Below the pieces are notes generated by a model, which saw nothing but the letters and a program-made list of their open reading frames with translations, did not search any database and was not told the origin of the DNA. From an uncultured Arcobacter sp. (GTDB lineage Bacteria > Campylobacterota > Campylobacteria > Campylobacterales > Arcobacteraceae): a stretch of DNA of 64,000 nucleotides. The stretch's first letter is position 1. The number at the start of each line of letters is the position of its first letter. Shown here in pieces: positions 58,669 to 64,000 of the stretch. Where the stretch lies: the NCBI GenBank assembly GCA_965140705.1, contig OZ223302.1, positions 384,001 to 448,000 on the forward strand. Direction: 5' to 3'. The translations under genes were made by a program, and so were the position numbers.

Positions 58669-60537
58669 TTAAAATTTTTTATTACTTAAATCCGAAACCA
58701 TCTCTTTTGCTATGGAATCAGTTTTTAATGCAATACTTTTAGTTTCAGCAGCAATACTTGCATTTTTTTGTGTTTGTTTATCTAATAAATTAACTGCATC
58801 ATTTATTTGAAAAATACCTTGCTCTTGCTCTTTTGAAGCTTTTGCAATATCTTGAATTGTGTTAGTAGTTTTACCTATATTTATTAATAATTCTTCATAA
58901 CCTAAACTCATTTTATCACTAATACTTTTTCCATATTCTGCTTTTGATGTTGCTTGTTCAACAATATTTTTTATCTCTCTTGCTGCTTCTGCACTTCTTG
59001 TTGCCAAATTTCTTACTTCCCCAGCAACTACCGCAAATCCTTTTCCTGCTTCACCTGCAGTTGCTGCTTCTACTGCCGCATTAAGACTTAAAATATTTGT
59101 TTGAAATGCAATTTGATCAATTACTCCTATTGATTCATTTATAGTTTTTACTTGCTCTGAGATTTCAGTCATAGCAGAACTTGTGCTTTTTGATAACTCT
59201 TGTCCTTCTTTTGCAGAGTTATTAACTTCATTGGCAAAATTTGACATTTGAATTACATTGTTTGAATTACTTTTTACTGTTCCTGTAATCTCTTCTAAGG
59301 CTGCGGCTGTCTCTTCTAATGAAGCTGCTGCTTCGTTAGAACTTATATTTAATTCATTAACATTTTCTATTAAGATTGCAGAAGAACTTTCTAATGTTTT
59401 CCCTACACTTAATGATTGATTTAACAAATTAGAAATAACTTCTCCTAATTTATTTATTGAAATAGAAACTTCTGAATATGCATCTGGAACCTTTGCTCTA
59501 AAATCATGATTTTTATAACTTTCTAAAACATCTAAAAGAACAGGGATATTTTTTGCAATTGTTTTTTCTAAATCACTTTGCATACTTGTTAAAATATCTT
59601 TTAACTCTATTAATGATTTTGTTTTAGTATTTTTATCTATTTTAGCCACAAGATTACCATCTCCAATCTCTTTTGCAAATCTTGCAATATCTTTTACAAA
59701 CTCATCATCTTCTTTAATTGATAATTCAACTGCATGTACATTTGTATTAATTATTTGTGCCATTTGTCCCAATTCATCTTTACTATCTAAATCTATCATT
59801 GATGAATTAGCGGTTTTTTTATTTAAAAAATCAAAAAAGTCTTCAAGTCCAGCTCTAACTTTATTTACTGATTTAACAATTTGATTAGATATCAAAAATG
59901 CTATTAATAAGCCAACTAACAAAGAAACAATCAAAACAGAAACCATCTCATATGAAAAACTACTTGCTACAGCCCTAGCTTTCGGCGTTGCTATTTGATT
60001 TTTATTTTCTTCATAATCTATAAACTCATTTATTTCATTTAACCAAGTTCTTAAATTACCCTTTGCTTGTGTTATTAATAAATCTTTTGCTTCTTCGTCT
60101 TTATTATTACTCTTCAATTCGATAATTTTTGATATTAAAGGAAGAGTTTTAGCTTCTGTGGCATTAATTCGTCCTAAAATCTCTTTCTCCTTAGCATCCA
60201 CATTTAAACCTTTATCAAATATCTCTTTTAAAGGTTTTGCTGATTCTATATAATAAGCTTCTAATCTTTTTATATTGGCATATGAAGTTTTAAATAATTC
60301 ATCATCCTTATTTTTTGCTAATACTAAATCCCTAATAGCAATTGCTCTATCATGAACACTTCCTCTAAAATTGATAGCATACCTTTGTTTTACAGAATTT
60401 ATTTCTGCAATTTGATTCAAAGTATTATCAATAAAATTTACTTTGAAAATACCAATAACAGTAATAATGATAATAATTGTTATCATAATAAAAAACCCTG
60501 AATAAAGCTTTTTTGAAATTGTCATATTTTTAAACAT
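58669..60537 (-). CDS. Methyl-accepting chemotaxis protein (4-helix-bundle sensor)
   Basis: Two TMs; [37 protein letters not shown]. Confidence 0.95.
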   Translation of the reverse strand: MFKNMTISKKLYSGFFIMITIIIIITVIGIFKVNFIDNTLNQIAEINSVKQRYAINFRGSVHDRAIAIRDLVLAKNKDDELFKTSYANIKRLEAYYIESAKPLKEIFDKGLNVDAKEKEILGRINATEAKTLPLISKIIELKSNNKDEEAKDLLITQAKGNLRTWLNEINEFIDYEENKNQIATPKARAVASSFSYEMVSVLIVSLLVGLLIAFLISNQIVKSVNKVRAGLEDFFDFLNKKTANSSMIDLDSKDELGQMAQIINTNVHAVELSIKEDDEFVKDIARFAKEIGDGNLVAKIDKNTKTKSLIELKDILTSMQSDLEKTIAKNIPVLLDVLESYKNHDFRAKVPDAYSEVSISINKLGEVISNLLNQSLSVGKTLESSSAILIENVNELNISSNEAAASLEETAAALEEITGTVKSNSNNVIQMSNFANEVNNSAKEGQELSKSTSSAMTEISEQVKTINESIGVIDQIAFQTNILSLNAAVEAATAGEAGKGFAVVAGEVRNLATRSAEAAREIKNIVEQATSKAEYGKSISDKMSLGYEELLINIGKTTNTIQDIAKASKEQEQGIFQINDAVNLLDKQTQKNASIAAETKSIALKTDSIAKEMVSDLSNKKF

Positions 60538-60738
60538 TTTTTCTCCATTTAATAATTTTTTTCTTTTAATAAAATTTATCTAATTATATATATCTTCTCT
60601 TAATATATATTTAAAAATAACTATTTGTATATAATGTGGTAATTATTCTAAGTTTAAATACATAAGATTTAAAACAGCCTCTAACCATAAAATAAGTTTT
60701 TTATAGAGATAATATAACAAAATTTAAAGGATAATCAT

Positions 60739-61545
60739 ATGAAGAAACTTCTATTTGCAATATTATCATCATTACTTGTATTTATCTTAACAGGCTGTGG
60801 AGACAATGAAAAAGAACAAAAAAATGAAAAAAAGGTTTTAAAAGTTGGTATGGAATTAGCTTATCCTCCTTTTGAAATGAGTGATAAAGATGGAAATCCA
60901 TCTGGTGTTTCTGTTGACTTTGCAAAGGCTTTAGGTAAATACCTTGGGCGTGATGTTGTTATTGAAAATATTGCTTGGGATGGCTTAATACCATCATTAA
61001 AAACTGGCAAAATAGATTTGATAATCTCTTCTATGACTATTACAGATGAAAGAAAAAAATCAATTGACTTTTCTATTCCTTATGCCCAATCTTCTTTAGC
61101 AATTTTAGCAAATAAAGATTCTGGTATTAAATCAATTGATGATTTAAATGTAAAAGGGAAGACTGTTGCAGTTAAAAAAGGTTCTACTGGTCATATTTAT
61201 GCAAAAGAGCATTTACCAAATGCAAAAGTTCTTGTATTTGATAAAGAAGCTGCTTGTGTGCTTGAAGTTGTTCAAGGTAAAGCTGATGGATTTATTTATG
61301 ATCAATTAACTATTTATAAAAACTATGCAAAACATATGGATACAACTGTTCCTTTATTACAACCATTCCAAAAAGATTTTGAATATTGGGGTGTAGCACT
61401 TAAAAAAGGAAGTCCTTTAAAAGCTGATGTTGATGCCTTTATTAAAAAAGCAAAAGCAGATGGCACTTTTGACAAACTTGCAGATAAATATTTAAGTGAT
61501 GCAAAAGCAACCTTTGATAAATTAAATATTCCATTCTTTTTTTAG
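60739..61545 (+). CDS. Polar amino-acid ABC substrate-binding lipoprotein
   Basis: LTGC lipobox; YPPFE, SSMTITDERK, KKGSTG. Confidence 0.92.
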   Translation: MKKLLFAILSSLLVFILTGCGDNEKEQKNEKKVLKVGMELAYPPFEMSDKDGNPSGVSVDFAKALGKYLGRDVVIENIAWDGLIPSLKTGKIDLIISSMTITDERKKSIDFSIPYAQSSLAILANKDSGIKSIDDLNVKGKTVAVKKGSTGHIYAKEHLPNAKVLVFDKEAACVLEVVQGKADGFIYDQLTIYKNYAKHMDTTVPLLQPFQKDFEYWGVALKKGSPLKADVDAFIKKAKADGTFDKLADKYLSDAKATFDKLNIPFFF

Positions 61546-61554
61546 GAAATTATT

Positions 61555-62346
61555 ATTAAGCTAAAAGAGTTATTTATCCATGAACTAGGGTATAAAAAGA
61601 ATAAAAAATTAAAACCAATAATTTATCTTTTTAACCTAGTTCTACTTATATTTTTTGTTGTCATAATATTTTATTTCATGTTTAAAAATGTCTCTTACAC
61701 ATTTAATTGGGATAGTGTTTATGAGTATAGGCAAAAATTTATTGATGGTTTTATTATGACTATCATAATATCTTTTTTTGCTCTTATTTTAAGTTTTATA
61801 ATTGGTCTTTTTTTTACCTATGCCCAAAACTCAAAACTTCTATTATTGCGATTTTTTTCTAGATTTTACATTGAGATTATAAGAGGAACTCCTCTTTTAG
61901 TTCAGATTCTAATTTTCTTTTATGTATTTGCAAATAACTTAGGCTTTGAAAATAGATACATAGTTGGAACTATCATTTTAGCACTATTTGCAGGGGCTTA
62001 TGTATGTGAGATAATAAGAGGAGCAATAGAATCAATTGAAATTGAACAATTTGAGACAGGTCTAAGTTTAGGAATGACTAATTATCAAATATATAGATAC
62101 ATAATCTTTCCCCAAGCATTTAATAGAATGTTACCAGCACTAACAGGGCAATTTGCTTCTATAATAAAAGACTCTTCTCTTCTATCAATTATCTCTATTA
62201 GTGAATTTACAATGAATGCCCAAGAAGTAAATGCTTATACCTATTCAACATTTGAAAGCTACATTCCTTTGGCTATTGGATATTTGTTACTTACTTATCC
62301 TATCTCTTATTATACAAAAAAGCTTGAAAATAACATAAAAAAATAA
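61555..62346 (+). CDS. Polar amino-acid ABC permease (HisM/GlnP type); start uncertain (ATT near 61555, or ATG 61678)
   Basis: RGTPLLVQI, EIIRGAI, QFETGLSLG, IKDSSL; the frame is open back to 61546 and encodes an extra TM helix. Confidence 0.85.
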   Translation: MKLKELFIHELGYKKNKKLKPIIYLFNLVLLIFFVVIIFYFMFKNVSYTFNWDSVYEYRQKFIDGFIMTIIISFFALILSFIIGLFFTYAQNSKLLLLRFFSRFYIEIIRGTPLLVQILIFFYVFANNLGFENRYIVGTIILALFAGAYVCEIIRGAIESIEIEQFETGLSLGMTNYQIYRYIIFPQAFNRMLPALTGQFASIIKDSSLLSIISISEFTMNAQEVNAYTYSTFESYIPLAIGYLLLTYPISYYTKKLENNIKK

Positions 62347-62408
62347 TAATTATGTAATTTTAAGGAAATTATTATATAATTTTACACTTGATTTTATCTA
62401 GGAGTAAA

Positions 62409-63182
62409 ATGAATTCTACTATTGATTTTGAAATACCTGAATTACGAAATTTAAAAAAACCAATAAAGACCTTATTTTATAAAGGTAACAGCAACTTATT
62501 AAAAAAACCTAAAATATCCATCGTAGGAACTAGAAGGACTTTAAATTATACACAATTTGTCACACACCAATTAACATCAAAACTCTCCCTTGCAGGAAAT
62601 TGTATAGTAAGTGGTGGAGCAATTGGGGTTGATGCTATTTCCCACAAAGCGGCAGGGACAAATAATACTATTTTAGTAAGTCCTTGCGGAATAAATCATA
62701 GATATCCAGCAATAAATAAAAAACTCATAGAAGAGATAGAACAACAGGGTTTAGTTCTTAGTTCATTTGATGAAGATTTTAAGGCCACAAGATACAGTTT
62801 TGTACTTAGAAATGAGATAGTTGTTGCTTTAGGTGATATTTTAATTGTAACTCAAGCTGATTTAAATAGTGGTAGTTTAAGAAGTATTGAATATGCCTTG
62901 AAAATGCAAAAAGAGATTTTTGTATTGCCACATAGAATAAATGAAAGCCAAGGGACAACTATATTGGCAAAAAAAGGATTGGCAAAAATTATTTATGATA
63001 TAGATGAATTTGTAGAACAATATGCAAGAACACCTATAAAAAAAGAAAAAGATAACTTTTTAGAGTATTGTAAAAAAAATCCCACTTATGAAGAGGCCAT
63101 AATTAAATATGACTCTTTAGTATATGAATATGAACTAACTGGGAAAATCCAAATAAAAAATGGCTTTATTGCTCTCCCTTAA
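62409..63182 (+). CDS. dprA: DNA-processing protein DprA
   Basis: LFYKGN, SIVGTR, VSGGAIGVD, FVLRNE, SGSL; start likely ATG 62409 (RBS AGGAG). Confidence 0.93.
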   Translation: MNSTIDFEIPELRNLKKPIKTLFYKGNSNLLKKPKISIVGTRRTLNYTQFVTHQLTSKLSLAGNCIVSGGAIGVDAISHKAAGTNNTILVSPCGINHRYPAINKKLIEEIEQQGLVLSSFDEDFKATRYSFVLRNEIVVALGDILIVTQADLNSGSLRSIEYALKMQKEIFVLPHRINESQGTTILAKKGLAKIIYDIDEFVEQYARTPIKKEKDNFLEYCKKNPTYEEAIIKYDSLVYEYELTGKIQIKNGFIALP

Positions 63183-63183
63183 T

Positions 63184-64000
63184 TTATATTCCACAAACTT
63201 TTTTTGACTTTGCAAACCGTAAAATCAAATAACCAAAAATACCTGAAAAAAGTGAACCAATTAAAATAGCTAATCTATCAGTATAAAAATATCTTGTATC
63301 ATCTGTAAAAGCTAATGAGTCAATAAACAAACTCATTGTAAAGCCAATACCTGTTAAAACTGCTATTCCATAAATTTGAAGCCAACTTGTACATTTTGGT
63401 ATATTTGCAAGTTTTAGTTTTACAGCTATAAAACTAAAAAGGAAAACACCTAATTGTTTACCGAAGAAAAGTCCCAACATAATACCAAGGGGAACACCAT
63501 GAGTCATTTTAGTAAAATCAATCTCCCTTAAATCTACTCCCGCATTTACAAAGGCAAATAGGGGTAAAATAAAAAAAGCAACCCAATTATGTAAATTATG
63601 CTCCATATGCCTAACAGGTGAATTTATTTTATCATCAGTTTTTGTTTTAAGTGGAATAGCAAAAGCTAAAATAATCCCTGCTAATGTTGCATGAACTCCT
63701 GATTTTAAAACAGTAACCCACAATATAATTCCAACAATAAAATATAAAGAAATAGTTGAAACTTTCATACGATTCATCATAAACAAAATAAAAATTATAA
63801 ATAAAGATACATATAAAACTTCAACTGATAAATTTGATGTATAAAATAAAGCTATGATTACAATTGCACCAATATCATCAATAATTGCTAATGCCATTAA
63901 AAATATTTTTAAAGAGACAGGTACTCTTTTTCCAAGTAGGGATAATATTCCAAGGGAAAATGCAATATCTGTAGCTGTTGGTATTGCCCACCCATTTAAA
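63184..64000 (-). CDS. nhaA: Na+/H+ antiporter NhaA (5' end outside window)
   Basis: GWAIPTATDIAF, LAIIDD, SGVHATLAG, PLFAFVNAG, GIGFTMSLFI. Confidence 0.95.
   Translation of the reverse strand, partial: LNGWAIPTATDIAFSLGILSLLGKRVPVSLKIFLMALAIIDDIGAIVIIALFYTSNLSVEVLYVSLFIIFILFMMNRMKVSTISLYFIVGIILWVTVLKSGVHATLAGIILAFAIPLKTKTDDKINSPVRHMEHNLHNWVAFFILPLFAFVNAGVDLREIDFTKMTHGVPLGIMLGLFFGKQLGVFLFSFIAVKLKLANIPKCTSWLQIYGIAVLTGIGFTMSLFIDSLAFTDDTRYFYTDRLAILIGSLFSGIFGYLILRFAKSKKVCGI

Overview
Low-GC chromosomal window from a Campylobacterota bacterium, most consistent with Arcobacteraceae (futalosine-pathway mqnE, HP0268-family gene next to miaB/nusA, holA-rnr-ilvC-deacetylase-dprA order). The right half (about 29.7-64 kb) is mostly housekeeping. 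The main feature is a ~23 kb alcohol-oxidation island (6317-29726). It encodes a PQQ alcohol dehydrogenase with the lanthanide-type D-x-D active-site motif (PedH/ExaF class) and an apparent lipoprotein signal. It also carries an unannotated pqqA placed directly behind that enzyme, pqqB-(monooxygenase)-pqqCDE, an acetaldehyde dehydrogenase with DUF779, cytochrome c550 PedF, PedABC-like and LutAEF-like ABC systems, and a SoxYZ-like/metallohydrolase 'quinoprotein relay'. Six promoters of the island share one direct-repeat motif at fixed spacing (GCTAWA-N5-GCTATA-N9-TAnnnT). This points to a regulon, and the adjacent FIST-domain kinase/OmpR-family regulator is the candidate controller. Other points: a MarR/SnoaL cassette with perfect operators and a probably leaderless marR; a Tat flavocytochrome c lacking the fumarate-reductase His; and an amino-acid permease whose first TM helix has no canonical start codon. 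No rRNA, tRNA, CRISPR or transposase was seen. All family calls come from reading motifs by eye; no database searches were run.
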